A stretch of DNA of 64,000 nt from Neophaeotheca triangularis. Taxonomy: Eukaryota. This document shows, one piece after another, positions 1-11,427 of the stretch (the stretch's first letter is position 1; every line of letters begins with the position of its first letter). The position numbers and the translations under genes were made by a program. The notes beneath the pieces were generated by a model. That model saw nothing but the letters and a program-made list of their open reading frames with translations, was not told the origin of the DNA and searched no databases. The DNA is taken from contig BAAIJX010000003.1 in assembly GCA_054600435.1 (NCBI GenBank), positions 682,001 to 746,000 on the forward strand. Direction: 5' to 3'.

Positions 1-27
1 CGCCTACCCTTACCAATAGCAAGAATC

Positions 28-1077
28 ATGCCTTCCAACGAAAACGGTGTCGGCGCAGCACGGCCGTCGAGCGCAAAGCCCTACCCTCCTGGTGTCCACG
101 TGCCATCTCTGACCTTCTTCGACGCCTCTACGCGCCAGGAAATCGATTGGCAAATACAGAACAAGCACCTGGACTTTCTGGTCCGCTCGGGTGTTCATGG
201 AGTTGTCCTAGCTGGTACGAACGGCGAAGCAGTCACGCTCGGACGTTCCGAGAAGAAGGAGCTCGTCCAGGCGACAAGGAAGCTTGCGAATGACGCTGGG
301 AAGAGGAACATGCCCATCACGCTGGGTACAAGCGGCGGTACCACTAGGGACGTCTTGGATGACTGCACTGCGGCCAAAGAGGCTGGCGCGGACTTCGTTC
401 TAGTTTTGGTGCCTTCATTCTTTCACTTCGCTATGGTAGGCGATGCGATTTGCGAGTTTTTCGAGGAGGTTGCGGACCACAGTCCAATTCCCGTGGTAAT
501 ATACAACTTTCCTGGTGTGGCTGCTGGGCTGAATGTGAGCTCTACGCAACTAGATCGATTGGCCAGACATCCGAACATCGTCGGGGTGAAGGTACGGCAA
601 ACGCAGGAGCACCTTGGGCGCCACGACGGCAAACGCTGACACTTCTGGCAGTTAACTTGTGGTAGTATTGCCAAGGTTACAAGGGCCGCGGCTACGTTTG
701 AGCCATCTCAATTTTCTGCCCTCGCAGGCCAAAGTGATTGGCTGATACCAGCACTTTCAGTTGGAGGTACTGGCTGCGTAACAGGCGTTGGCAACCTGTA
801 CCCTGAAGTCTGCGTCGCGATTTACGACCTGTACATGACCGGAAAGATGCAGGAAGCACAGAGGCTGCAGGCTTCCCTTTCGATTGCTGAGCTCGGATTC
901 GGGGACGGTGGCATCAACGGTACCAAATGGGTGGTTGGCGAGTTGCTTGGCTACCCTGAGGAGTCGAGACATTGTCGGAGACCATACCCGCAGTTCACCA
1001 GCAAGGAAAAGCGCTCTTGGATATTAGATCAGGTCAGAGCTGTGGAGGAAGAGGAGCGCCGGCTTAGTGTCAAGTAA
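28..1077 (+). CDS. DHDPS/N-acetylneuraminate lyase family aldolase (2 exons; intron 592-651)
   Basis: GTNGEA motif, YNFP, and Schiff-base Lys in NIVGVK|LTCG after removing a 60-nt GTACGG...GCTGAC...CAG intron; the frame joins the 835-1077 ORF. Confidence 0.9.
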
Positions 1078-1127
1078 TCACTGCGTTCCGGGTTGGCATT
1101 GATTGGCGTCAGGGGTGTTCTGAAGGC

Positions 1128-2861
1128 TCACACCACGGCAAAGGACATGTTGAATAAGTCGACAGACGCTTGACGAACATCAGCTCTTTGCTTCGTTGTG
1201 TCCTGTCTCCTGTGAACCTCTTCCAGCACATCAGCAATGGGTTTCGCATTGCTGGCAACGCTCTGCATTCCACGGATAGCACCGATCATAATTCTTCGTT
1301 CTTCTACGTCCTCTTCTTCACAACATGCCATGAGCAAAGGCCAGATAAAGTTCACCGGTAATGGTTCGTTCGACTGCTCGAACATTCGAACAATGCGCTT
1401 AATTGTTGCCCTTGCTTTCAGAACTTCAGCCGTAGCCGGGAGGTGCTTGTGTGCCACTCTGTGTAGATGTATGTAGCCAGCTTGATAGTTCGCGAAGTAG
1501 GTCCGGTAGCTACGAGTGATCGCCGTCGCAATGTCCTTGGCCAGATGCTTTTCGTTGAGATTTCCTGCAATAGCATGGTCCATTAGAGCTGGCCGCTGTA
1601 CTTCCAACGCTGCAAGGTCTTTCAGGATGATTGAGGCCTCGTGGAAAACCTCTGTCTCGTCTGCTACGGTGTTCCTCGCTCGGTGCCAAGGGTCTATGCG
1701 GCTCACTCTGGCCATTATAGACTGTACACGCTGGTAAAAGACCAAGCCTGGCGTGTACAACATGTCGAACAGGATCTCTTCAATTTCTTGATTGACGTCT
1801 CGAAGAACATTGTTGGATGTTAACTCACTGCTGGCCTTCTTTGGCGTCTCGGGCGAGTAGTTCTCGTGGTCGGTTTCGGTGAGAAATATTCCGTCCCCTC
1901 CAGCAGACGATGCTCTCCCATCAACAAGACGGATCCACGATATAAGTCGCTTTTCGTTCAAGGTGAGCTCCCGGGCCTTGTACAACCGAAGTAGTCCTGC
2001 ACCTTCTCGCAGGACGTTCTGGGCATCGTTCACCCTGTTGGTAAGCAGCGCTGAATACGAGAGGAAGAAGCAAGTTGCTAGCGCCGCTTGTAACTCTGGG
2101 GCCATCTTTTCTGCATCGTCACGGGCACCCAACATGTAGGCTGAAAAGGCCCTCTCGGCTTTGTCAAACAATGCTCGGTGCTCGTTACGAGCAGCTCCGT
2201 CCGTTCCGCTTATCTGTAACGCCGAGAAAGCCATCACAGAGTAGCGCACCATGCTCGAGTTGGATGCTAGGGATGCGAACAACATCTTGGTGCTTGTCCA
2301 GCGTGGTCCTACTTCCACGGATGCCAGTATCGGAGGCACTACGGAGGCGAGGAAATGCTCAACCAGCGCGTGACTTCCAACGTCAGTGGACGATGCCGGC
2401 GAGACACTTTCGAATTGCTTTCCATTTGCAGGTGCTTGCGGCGGCAGGACCACCGTCGCCCCAAAAGAAGGCGGTGTCGATGGACCAGCAATTACCGGAG
2501 GCGACGTGCCCGCTCCAGAATTGGTATGAGCGGTCGCGTCATTGGCAATCCAGTCGAACGATGGGTCGAGTGCCGAGGTGTCTTGCCAAATGATATTGTT
2601 GAAATCCCACGAGTCGAACGAAGTGTCTGGGAGCATGGGCATCGAATTACTGTATGGCTCCATCTGAACGTCGCTTCTTCCATGGGAGCTAGGTCCCGGC
2701 CGTGTGGTTGGTCTCCAATTGCATTGTAGATTCAACCTCTCACAATGATTGCAGCGCGGTCGTTGCTCATTGCAGCGCACCTTGCGTCTACGACATGTCA
2801 AACAGCCGTTACGAGAGCGCACAGGACGCTGAGATTGGCCCGGCGATTGCGAGGCGTACAT
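1128..2861 (-). CDS. Zn(II)2Cys6 transcription factor with fungal-specific TF domain
   Basis: CLTCRRRKVRCNEQRPRCNHCERLNLQC cluster; first ATG at 2861; C-terminal WPLLMACCE segment typical of the Fungal_trans_2 region. Confidence 0.9.
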   Translation of the reverse strand: MYASQSPGQSQRPVRSRNGCLTCRRRKVRCNEQRPRCNHCERLNLQCNWRPTTRPGPSSHGRSDVQMEPYSNSMPMLPDTSFDSWDFNNIIWQDTSALDPSFDWIANDATAHTNSGAGTSPPVIAGPSTPPSFGATVVLPPQAPANGKQFESVSPASSTDVGSHALVEHFLASVVPPILASVEVGPRWTSTKMLFASLASNSSMVRYSVMAFSALQISGTDGAARNEHRALFDKAERAFSAYMLGARDDAEKMAPELQAALATCFFLSYSALLTNRVNDAQNVLREGAGLLRLYKARELTLNEKRLISWIRLVDGRASSAGGDGIFLTETDHENYSPETPKKASSELTSNNVLRDVNQEIEEILFDMLYTPGLVFYQRVQSIMARVSRIDPWHRARNTVADETEVFHEASIILKDLAALEVQRPALMDHAIAGNLNEKHLAKDIATAITRSYRTYFANYQAGYIHLHRVAHKHLPATAEVLKARATIKRIVRMFEQSNEPLPVNFIWPLLMACCEEEDVEERRIMIGAIRGMQSVASNAKPIADVLEEVHRRQDTTKQRADVRQASVDLFNMSFAVV

Positions 2862-2962
2862 GGCATCCTGGCTGACCAAATTGAGAGTTTCTTTCAAAGA
2901 TGTCGCAGATGGAAGGTAGCGTTTTGACTTTCCCAGCAACGGTACTTTCACCACGCATGCAC

Positions 2963-2975
2963 AAACCCTAACCCT
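2963..2975. promoter_or_regulatory. Telomere-repeat-like motif AAACCCTAACCCT (possible Tbf1/Myb site)
   Basis: Lies ~100 nt upstream of the Zn2Cys6 ATG; its exact reverse complement occurs at 58848-58860 upstream of SUI3. Confidence 0.3.
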
Positions 2976-3181
2976 GAGCAGGAGCAGTCGCTATGCAGAG
3001 TTATGGACAATAAGATTGAAACCGTGTGCCACTTTGTCGAAATTCGGTCGATTGCAAACGAGCAGTTAATTCGAAGCGAACGATTTTGTGGTTCAATCCA
3101 TATGACGACACCGGTAGCTGTCAGCTTGACACTACATACCTACAGCTGGTGTCGACACCAATCTGATAACCTTTGCCATTC

Positions 3182-4996
3182 TCAGCGATACTGCTGCAAA
3201 AGCTCCAGCAAGCTCATAACCACTGCTTGACCATTCGTAACCCCCATTCCTTCGCCATCCGCAAGCGCCTCCTCATCAGAGTCACCTTCAGCGTGAATTT
3301 CATCCTTGATCTCCTTGTCCCCCGTCTCAGGATCGGGAGCGAAGCTCAACACACGGATAGCTTTGGCTTTGAGCAAGTGCTCTCTGGTACTGCCCGGCCG
3401 CCCAGAGACTCTAATAGCCGTGGCGTAGGTGCTCATGATGCAGTCATCGTAGACTGCCATGAAACTGACCGGGGGCGCGTAGGCGGAGATGGCGGACGTC
3501 GAGACACAATAAGATGCTTTGTTAGAGGGGATGCTATCGTCTTCGCCGTCTCCAGTCGCGGGCGTAATGATAACTGTACCGTCGTCTTCCAAGGCCAGGA
3601 TGTAGATGCGTGGGCCGCAGGTCCACAAGACTCTATTTTTGTGAATGGAAAGCCAGCCGCCGAGATGGAAGTTCTCAGGGTTGTCGTCCTGCTCGCATTC
3701 GATGACTGTCATGTGATTGTGGCCTTCTTCTTGCTCCTGGCCATACAGCTCTTCGAGGAAATTATCACCTGCTGCGCTCTCTTTATCGTGGTTCGGGCAC
3801 TCAACCAGAGAGTCTCGCCAGTTAGGACAGATAACTGCGCGGCCTCCGGCGGAGATACCGACCATGGTGTGCCCATCTAACATCCCGGCACCCCATTCGT
3901 CCTCATCCAGCGGCGTATAGTCGTCGTCTTCAGGCGCTTCTTCGGGAAACTCTCTCAACCAAGGCGGGTTCCGGGTAGCGGAGGAACCTTTGAACGGGAA
4001 CGGGCCAGTCTGCACTTTAAGAGGCTGCGTCCTTTGTCTAGAAGGCCGCGTGGGAGGAAAGGGGGTGCTTTGATTTCCAGACCCAGATATCACATCATCT
4101 TCGTCAGGGTCGCGAATGTGACAGATGTTCGGACAGGAGCTGGGGTTGATCACTCCAAGACGCTGTCCACTAGTCTTGTCGTGAACATGATATCCTTTCT
4201 CGCCAAGAGAATACATCACGACCTCTTCGTCTTGATCAAGATGACCTATCGCACCCTGCGCAATCTTGATAGTCGTCCTCTTACTCGGCTCCGGCTCCAT
4301 GTCATAGACGAACCCAAACCCCTCAGATGACACGACGCACAGAGTATCGTAGCTCAGCTGGAAACCACGAGTCAAGCAGTTATGCGGCAGAATTGCAACA
4401 CGCCTGAATTCTCCCCGTGACATTGTCCAGTCCGTCTTCCAAACCTCAACGGCATTGCCATGTCGGTCGAAAACAGCTGTCCCGGAGCTTTCCTGATACT
4501 CCAAATGAGCACAAGGCCTGACTTCGCGCGGCGACAGAGACCACAGCCGTTCGCCGGTGTCCATACACGAGACGAGTAAGCCTCCATGCTCAGCCGTTGC
4601 TATGAAGAGGCGACGCTTGAAGTCTGGTCGGAAACGCCAGACTCGGCTGGTGTTGATGTGTTTCAGGACGCTCTCCCTGGTGACCGGCTGCTCGCTATTC
4701 CAGTTGCGCTGGAGCATTGTCTGCCTCTTGCAAGCCTCTTTCCACGTCGTGGCTCCATCATAGTACTTTGCGAACGACTTGTAGTCGTCGAGAAAGGCGA
4801 GATCGCGGTTGTTGGGGGGCTGGCTTGTTTTAGTTGGACTTGAATAGATGGCCTGCTGGTGGGTATCGTCGATGAATTTGTGCCATTCCCGCGATGTCTG
4901 TGTGAGAGCTGCAACGCTAGGAACGTCGGCGAAGTCAATGATGCGTAAGACCAGTTCTGCAGGTAGAGCAGACAAAGGGCTCGTTGCTTCAGACAT
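3182..4996 (-). CDS. F-box domain protein
   Basis: N-terminal LSALPAELVLRIIDF...LTQTSREWH F-box signature; 604-aa uninterrupted ORF. Confidence 0.8.
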   Translation of the reverse strand: MSEATSPLSALPAELVLRIIDFADVPSVAALTQTSREWHKFIDDTHQQAIYSSPTKTSQPPNNRDLAFLDDYKSFAKYYDGATTWKEACKRQTMLQRNWNSEQPVTRESVLKHINTSRVWRFRPDFKRRLFIATAEHGGLLVSCMDTGERLWSLSPREVRPCAHLEYQESSGTAVFDRHGNAVEVWKTDWTMSRGEFRRVAILPHNCLTRGFQLSYDTLCVVSSEGFGFVYDMEPEPSKRTTIKIAQGAIGHLDQDEEVVMYSLGEKGYHVHDKTSGQRLGVINPSSCPNICHIRDPDEDDVISGSGNQSTPFPPTRPSRQRTQPLKVQTGPFPFKGSSATRNPPWLREFPEEAPEDDDYTPLDEDEWGAGMLDGHTMVGISAGGRAVICPNWRDSLVECPNHDKESAAGDNFLEELYGQEQEEGHNHMTVIECEQDDNPENFHLGGWLSIHKNRVLWTCGPRIYILALEDDGTVIITPATGDGEDDSIPSNKASYCVSTSAISAYAPPVSFMAVYDDCIMSTYATAIRVSGRPGSTREHLLKAKAIRVLSFAPDPETGDKEIKDEIHAEGDSDEEALADGEGMGVTNGQAVVMSLLELLQQYR

Positions 4997-5267
4997 GTTG
5001 AACGTGTGTACTAGTAGTTCAAGACTTTGAGGGTAGATGAAAGTGACATGTGAAAGTTAATAAGTTTCGAGGAGCTCTTATCGCTATCAAAAGTGGGGGC
5101 TTGACGTCGATTGACTTGACATGACTTCCCCCAGCCGTCCCAAGGTCCCCTTCAATGAAAGTGTGTACAAAGCACTGGTAACGCACTTTCGCGTGGCAAA
5201 ACGCTCCTGTGGAGGCTAAAGACAAGCAATGCCCACCTCCACCTACACGCGCCTCCTTCTTCTACAC

Positions 5268-7656
5268 TCACGGCTGAAGGATGCCAGCGGCAACATCAAT
5301 GCCAGCCGCAGTCCTGACCACCCACTCCTCAGCCATCGTAACGTTCCGATACTCAATGATTGCCTCCGTAATTCCCGGGAAAGTGACCGGGGCATAACCA
5401 GTATCGAGCCCGGGAGCGAAAAGTACATGCTGGTAGAACTCCCTAGTAGGCAATCCGCCTTGGGATGTGAACCCCCTGTGAAAGTCGCGGAAGTTGGCAT
5501 TGGCCCGCTGAATGGCTTCGTCATTGCCAGACTCTGCAGCAGAGGCTGCAAACTCGGTGGCCATTTGCGCCATGGCGAGGAAATTGTCCACCGCCTCTCG
5601 GACAGGGGTGATGTCTAGCTCGGCTGCGCCTTCGACTTCGGAGCTGGCGAGTGTTTCCGCGAGATCGTCGAGGTAGATTTCCAGCTCGGACTCATAGGCG
5701 GAGAGGTCGAAGGGAATGATTGCGTCGTTTGCGAGGTGGTATGCCAAGAGGGTGAGCCATTCGCCCATCACGCGGTGAGTAACGAAGCCCGGGTCGCCGA
5801 AGCCGGCCATCCAAGCATAAGAGTCGTAGTTCGAATGGTAGTGATAGACAGGATCTTCAGGACCGGCACCACTTCCCATGTCCAGACTGGCAATACCCTT
5901 GTGCAGGAAAGCCGTGCTATACGCGGTTAGTATGCAATCACTAGCCCTGGTGGAAGAGGCGCTTACTAGTCAGATCCACTTCCAAGCACACCGACCTCTC
6001 CCTCAGTGAGGTTGTACCAAACATCATACAGGGTAAGGCCATCTTGACCACGGTAGGGGTACACCACCTTCTTCATAGAATCTTGCCCAATGGCATGTAA
6101 TTCCGGAACAGCGGTCATATCTGGGTTGGGACCAGAGCTACCCACGTCGATATTGAGATATGTGACCGCGCTGGTGGTAAGCCAAGGGATGTACTCCTCA
6201 ACCCACTCGGTGGAACCAACAAGGCCATACTCTTCCGCATCCCAGGAACAGAGGACAATGGTTCGACGGGGCTTCCATCCGGTCGCCATCAGCTCGCCAA
6301 AAGCCTTCGAGAGTTCGATCATGATGGCGCTGCCAGAATTGGGATCGGCGGCACCTCCAATAATCCACGCATCTCTGTGGTTTCCAATGACAATCTAGAT
6401 GACGTGTTAGTCCCGGATATTAGATGTGAGCGTTGCCAAGACAACTAACCACTTCGTCGCTTTCAGTACCATTGATGATACCAATGGGATTCCAGACGTC
6501 CTCGTACGCGTCCTCCATGACGTTCTCCATTGATATAGTAACACCAGGCGCCGGCCCAGTGGAATAATCGACATCAGGAATCGCACCTGTCCAGACCGTG
6601 CGATTGACTTCTTCTCCAGAAGTGCCGAACCCGTTCAGGGCTTGAAGCAAAGGTTGTGCTTCGACCCAGGAGATGGGAATAGAAGGAATCTGCGGTGTCA
6701 CCGGAGCGATATCAGCGCGGGGCGAATCCTCACGTGATGGATACCCTGGAGTAGTAGGGTCTCCCGGGAAGGTGCTAAGGTACAAGACACTTCCGCGCTG
6801 CACGCTGGATGGGTTGCGGGCAGGGCCGTCAGGGTAAGTGTCGTAGCCATTGAACTCGGTAACGTTTCCATCGTCTGCCGGATCAGTGAATAATACAGCA
6901 CCGATCATGCCGTAGTCTTGCGCGTTCTTGACCTTGAGTCCTCTATATGCTTGTCAGACCCATCTAGAACTGTCACCCAATATTACAAGGTCTTACCTAA
7001 AGGCACCGCCGTAGCGAGACAGAGCAATCTTGCCCTCCAACTCAACGCCTAGCTCAACAAGTCTCTCAAAGTCGACTCGCTGACCGCGACCAACGTACAC
7101 GAACTCTGCGGTTGCGGAGCCGGTAGCAGAGTAGCCGTGGAAGGTAGGAATGCGGTCGGGGTAGCTAGTCACCGAATCTTCCTCCAGCACATCTTCTTCG
7201 AGCGTGGCGGTGTAGGTTGAACCGTTCGATCCAGTCATCGAGAGAGAGTGTGAGACAGGGTAGTTCAGATACACATCTACGGCGGGGTTAATGCTGCATC
7301 ACTATAAGACGATGACATAACTTACTGTATGCCGCGATGTAGGTGTCGAATCCGTTCTCAGCCCATCTGTCTGCAGTCCATTGGGCCATGGACCTGTTGC
7401 GGCCCGCGATGTGGTCGCCATGGGTGTAATAGTAGCTATAGGTATCGATATCCGTTGCATCGAAGGAATTGATCAGGACTCTTTCATTCTCGTCCAGTAC
7501 TGGTGGGAAAGCAGAACCCTCCTGGCGTTTCTTCAGCGCCTGGTGAGCGTGACGGTGAGCCCGGCCGTGGCTGAGAGGTGTATGCTCTCGCACACAGGTC
7601 AAGCCAATGGCCGCGAAAGACAGTAGAAGAGCGCTGAGAGTGGTGCGTGACAGCAT
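5268..7656 (-). CDS. Glutamate carboxypeptidase II-like M28 peptidase (PA, M28 and TfR-dimer domains); introns 7277-7325, 6943-6996, 6395-6449, 5917-5966
   Basis: Signal peptide; GNHRDAW, AADPNSG, SWDAEEYGLVGSTEWVE, YLNID, GSGSDY, YHYHSNYD motifs; four GT-AG introns join the ORF fragments in frame. Confidence 0.93.
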
Positions 7657-8428
7657 TGTAAGTGGTCAAGAAGAGCTTGTATACTCTTGGTGCCTAGCAA
7701 AGACATTCTACCATGATGGGCGTCCCGGATATTTAAACGCAGCTTCGCCCTACCTTGATTCTTGCTTGCTCCGCTCTTGATCTCCCAGATGCCCCTCACT
7801 TGAATGGCCGCGAGTCCCGCGACCAACTGACCGGCATTATTGACTATCACTTGGCTCACCATATCAAGTCTTCTGCCAAGCTACTACAGCAGCAGGACAT
7901 CACCGTCGGCGCCGTCGAGGGTTTCCTCCTGCTACATGCGGTATAGACCTCAAGCTTTTAGATTGCTGGCTGCAAGGCACAAGCTCGCACTCATTGGCTT
8001 GGCAGAGATAGAAGGGCGGGGTCAGTAGTGGGGTTGTGTAGGCGTGGTCCGCTCCACAACACGCCGTCTCGTGATTTCGGATAGTTTGAGTGTTACCAAT
8101 ATTAATGAAGATGGGATCATGAATTTTGGTGATTGCACTGTCAGCAGAGGTAGGAAATGTTGATAGAGGGGTGAGGTCGGAGCAGAGTTCAAGCTTGGAC
8201 CGTTCCCTGGCTTAATGCGGCTTAAGACACATCCGTCCCAGGCACATAGTATGAATGACTGAAGAGGCAGTCTGGGGCAACAGAAAGCGCCCGAAATGTT
8301 TTAAATTTTAAAAGAATAGCTGGTAAGCGACCAGTCGAACTCCGTTTCCCGCGCGGGTGGTATCATAAAGCACAAGAGCAACTCCAAAGCTTCCCAGCAC
8401 CCTTGGCGCCACCTCATTAAAGCCATGC

Positions 8429-9811
8429 TCACTGCGTGAAGAAGTTCGTGATCCTGGCGTTACCTTCCTTCGTTGGTGTTTTGGCCACAGTCCCATTGCT
8501 AGTAGCGCTTCTCGTTTTGCGGCCGCCCTCAGTCTTGCCAGGCGGTCTAGAAGGCGAAGGCGTTGGCTTCTCCAGTTTTCCAGGCGTTTGAGACAGGCTC
8601 TCATCAGCAGCTTCCAATAAAACGTCATCCTTGACATCCGAGACCTCCTGTTTGATGTCGTCTTCCATTTGAGCATCATCAGCTGCATCTATCAACGCCT
8701 GGTCATCAAGCTCGGAACCCTCCCTTTTCAAGGCCTTTTCAAGGCCTTTTTTTGATTCTTCCTTGGGCTTCGGCACGGGGGCATTGTCTTCCATACCCTC
8801 GAGCCTAGGGTAAGTGACTCTGTCCTCGTCTTCTTCCTTCTTAACTCCAGCGCCTTCTTTCTTCACCTCCGTCTCCTTGCTTGCCTCTTCTGCCTTCTTC
8901 GCTGGGGACTTGGCGGCTGCCTTCTGCCCCCCAAAGAAGTTTGCAATATTGTTTTTGTTTTCCTTGCTATCAATCGGCACTACAAAACTGGGGCTGTTGT
9001 TGCCGACCTTCCCAACAGCCTTGTCGACCGCATAGCATTCCAGCTCCCCTTCAAACGGTTTAAGCATGCTCTGCAACTCCTTCGACCATCCAACATGACT
9101 CGGATCAAGCCACCTAGCCATCTCCTCGGAGCCCGGCTCCAGAATGACCGGCATCCTGTCGTGCAAGAACTTAAGCTGCTTATTGGAATCCGTCGTAATA
9201 ATCGTATATGAGTACAGCTTCTCCTCATGCCCCTCATACTGCACGACATCCCACAGTCCCGCGAAACACATCAGCCCGCCATCCTTGCGCTTCACGAAAT
9301 GAGGTATCTTCTCTTTACCCCCATTCTTTTTCAACCATTCGTAGAACCCCTCGCACATGACGACGCATCGTTTGCGCTGCTTCATGGTATTCCACATCCC
9401 GCGATTCTCTATGAGCGAATCGTCGCGACAGTTAATGGTGCGCATTTGGCTGCCATAGTCGGGCGGACGTTTCGTCCAGAACGGTACTAGACCCCATTTC
9501 GCGGCTTGGAGCTTGTACTTGGTCTCTCTGGTGGCCCGGCCGTCTACGACGGGTTGTGACGTGTCGTGAGACGTTTTGGCACGCTTCTGTGCGGGCTCAC
9601 CGTCGTTGTCCTGCTGACCCTCAATTTCATCTCCGCCCCGGTCGCCAGTCGCAGCTCTGTAGATCAGTCCATGGTTGCCAGGGGCGAAGTTGTAGGTTTG
9701 GCGTATTTGCTCGTCGTCGTCGTCCGGTGCTTCGTCTACTGGCATGTTTTGCTCGGCTAGTCGTGACCGGACCCGGCCGGGGCGTAGCGACAGGGCGTAT
9801 CGACCGCACAT
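8429..9811 (-). CDS. SRAP-domain abasic-site processing protein (HMCES/YedK family)
   Basis: MCGRY start with catalytic Cys2, WGLVPFW, GFYEW, HDRMPVIL; disordered tail ending ARITNFF (PIP-box-like). Confidence 0.92.
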   Translation of the reverse strand: MCGRYALSLRPGRVRSRLAEQNMPVDEAPDDDDEQIRQTYNFAPGNHGLIYRAATGDRGGDEIEGQQDNDGEPAQKRAKTSHDTSQPVVDGRATRETKYKLQAAKWGLVPFWTKRPPDYGSQMRTINCRDDSLIENRGMWNTMKQRKRCVVMCEGFYEWLKKNGGKEKIPHFVKRKDGGLMCFAGLWDVVQYEGHEEKLYSYTIITTDSNKQLKFLHDRMPVILEPGSEEMARWLDPSHVGWSKELQSMLKPFEGELECYAVDKAVGKVGNNSPSFVVPIDSKENKNNIANFFGGQKAAAKSPAKKAEEASKETEVKKEGAGVKKEEDEDRVTYPRLEGMEDNAPVPKPKEESKKGLEKALKREGSELDDQALIDAADDAQMEDDIKQEVSDVKDDVLLEAADESLSQTPGKLEKPTPSPSRPPGKTEGGRKTRSATSNGTVAKTPTKEGNARITNFFTQ

Positions 9812-10110
9812 CTTGTTGAACGGTGCCCTGTCGTAATCTCAAAGGAATTGTTTTCGGAGGATGGACCAGACTGGACCGGACGTTGCCCGGTGAAGGCACT
9901 TGAAACGCGACCGACGAGGGAGGCGCTGATGTCACGATACGCCGAAGTCTGGGGAAAGCTCTGACCCGTACTTGATCAACAGCTTATTAGCTAATACATT
10001 GATTAAAAGTAGAACAGGAAGCCTGCCCATTATGCCAGACAACAACTGCAACACTGCATACAACGCCGCTCAAGTCCCTAACTGTCCCCCTGATACTCTT
10101 TAGATTCGTC

Positions 10111-11427
10111 ATGTCGTCCAAGACAATCGGCACGCAGATGCTGCGTCAAGCACGCCAAAGCCTGGCACCCTCCCGGACAGGAACAAGATGCCTCCATCAA
10201 CTCCCCCGAAGACCACACCCCAAGTCACACTTCAAGGGCCACGCAAGAAATGGCGGAAACCAGCAAAAGCGCCACGTCGGTACCTTCATCGGCAACACAA
10301 GATCTCTATTTCGCTCCAACCCCATCTCCATGACGGTAGCAACCGGCGCGATCCTCTTTGGCATCTTCAGCTGGGGCTACGTCCACTACATTAACCAGAC
10401 ATACATCATCGGCGCTTTCCACAAGTTTCCGGATCCAGTGGCTAAGAAGTTGCGGAAAGCTCTCTATTTCACCAACATCGACTTGCGACCCAAAGAGGCG
10501 CTCAAATTCTACAAGCAAGCGCTGCAAGTCGCCGAGGAATTGGGCATGGACCCTTTCTCAGACGAGATTATGGGTGTGAAGATTCAGGTTGCGGCGCTCA
10601 TGGAGAAGCTGCAGCAGTGGAGCAAGGCGATTCAGGTTCTGGAGATATTGCGGGCGGATAGTTTGGAGTGGTTGAGGCAATTTGGGGAACGGGAGCATAA
10701 CAAAGAGAAGAGGACACGGGTGCTGGCGAAGTGCGTGGCTATGTCTGTGAAGTTGGGAGAGTTGTACGCGCAGCCTGCTATTTATGACCGGGATGCAGCA
10801 GAGGAGAGGATGGTATGGGCTGTCGAGACGGCGCTGAAGGAGTCCCAGCGGAGAGAGAGCTTGGGTGTCAAGGCTGAGGAGGAGGGTGAGTGGTTGTCGC
10901 CCGAGGAACAGGGCGCCGCGTTTGAGTCTTTGGCTCATAGCTACGAGGCAAAGGACCAGCACTACCTTGCGACGCCGCTCTTTCTGCAAGCGCTAAGCCT
11001 ACATCCGACTAAGAACTGCCATACGGTAACACTGATGAGCAACCTTGCCTCCTCGCTCGGCCAGCAGTCTCCACGAGCAGCGGCAGCAGCTCAAGCTTAC
11101 GCCAGATCTCAGACCATTCCGTCCTCGGAGCAGCCCGACAACGGCCCGCCCGCAACAAAGGAGACCATGGTTAACAACGCACGTACATGGGCACAAAAAG
11201 CGCTGGAACTCGCGGCTACAATCAAACCGCCGGAGCGCGACGAAGAGTGCGATGTAGGCTGTGCGGTTGCGACGCACAACTTGGGCGAATTTGCAGAGAT
11301 GCTGGGGGATGTGGCGGAAGCCAGACAGAAGTATCAAGAGTCTGTCAGCCTGGCCAGGGCCGTTGGTTTCCAAGAGGGTGTTGAGATGAGTTCGGAGAGA
11401 CTGAGAGCATTGAGTCAGAGCAAATGA
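10111..11427 (+). CDS. MGR3: Mitochondrial inner-membrane TPR protein, Mgr3-like i-AAA adaptor
   Basis: Arg-rich presequence, one TM helix, FPDPVAKKLRKALY followed by TPR-like helices. Confidence 0.65.
   Translation: MSSKTIGTQMLRQARQSLAPSRTGTRCLHQLPRRPHPKSHFKGHARNGGNQQKRHVGTFIGNTRSLFRSNPISMTVATGAILFGIFSWGYVHYINQTYIIGAFHKFPDPVAKKLRKALYFTNIDLRPKEALKFYKQALQVAEELGMDPFSDEIMGVKIQVAALMEKLQQWSKAIQVLEILRADSLEWLRQFGEREHNKEKRTRVLAKCVAMSVKLGELYAQPAIYDRDAAEERMVWAVETALKESQRRESLGVKAEEEGEWLSPEEQGAAFESLAHSYEAKDQHYLATPLFLQALSLHPTKNCHTVTLMSNLASSLGQQSPRAAAAAQAYARSQTIPSSEQPDNGPPATKETMVNNARTWAQKALELAATIKPPERDEECDVGCAVATHNLGEFAEMLGDVAEARQKYQESVSLARAVGFQEGVEMSSERLRALSQSK

Noticed and set aside
2963..2975. Telomerase RNA template or telomere remnant
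   Set aside because: Only ~2 repeat units, in a short gap between protein genes with no room for a kb-scale RNA
7755..7946. Fragment resembling a fungal TF middle domain (ILACSALDL...)
   Set aside because: Only 63 codons, no ATG or splice context, located in the peptidase promoter
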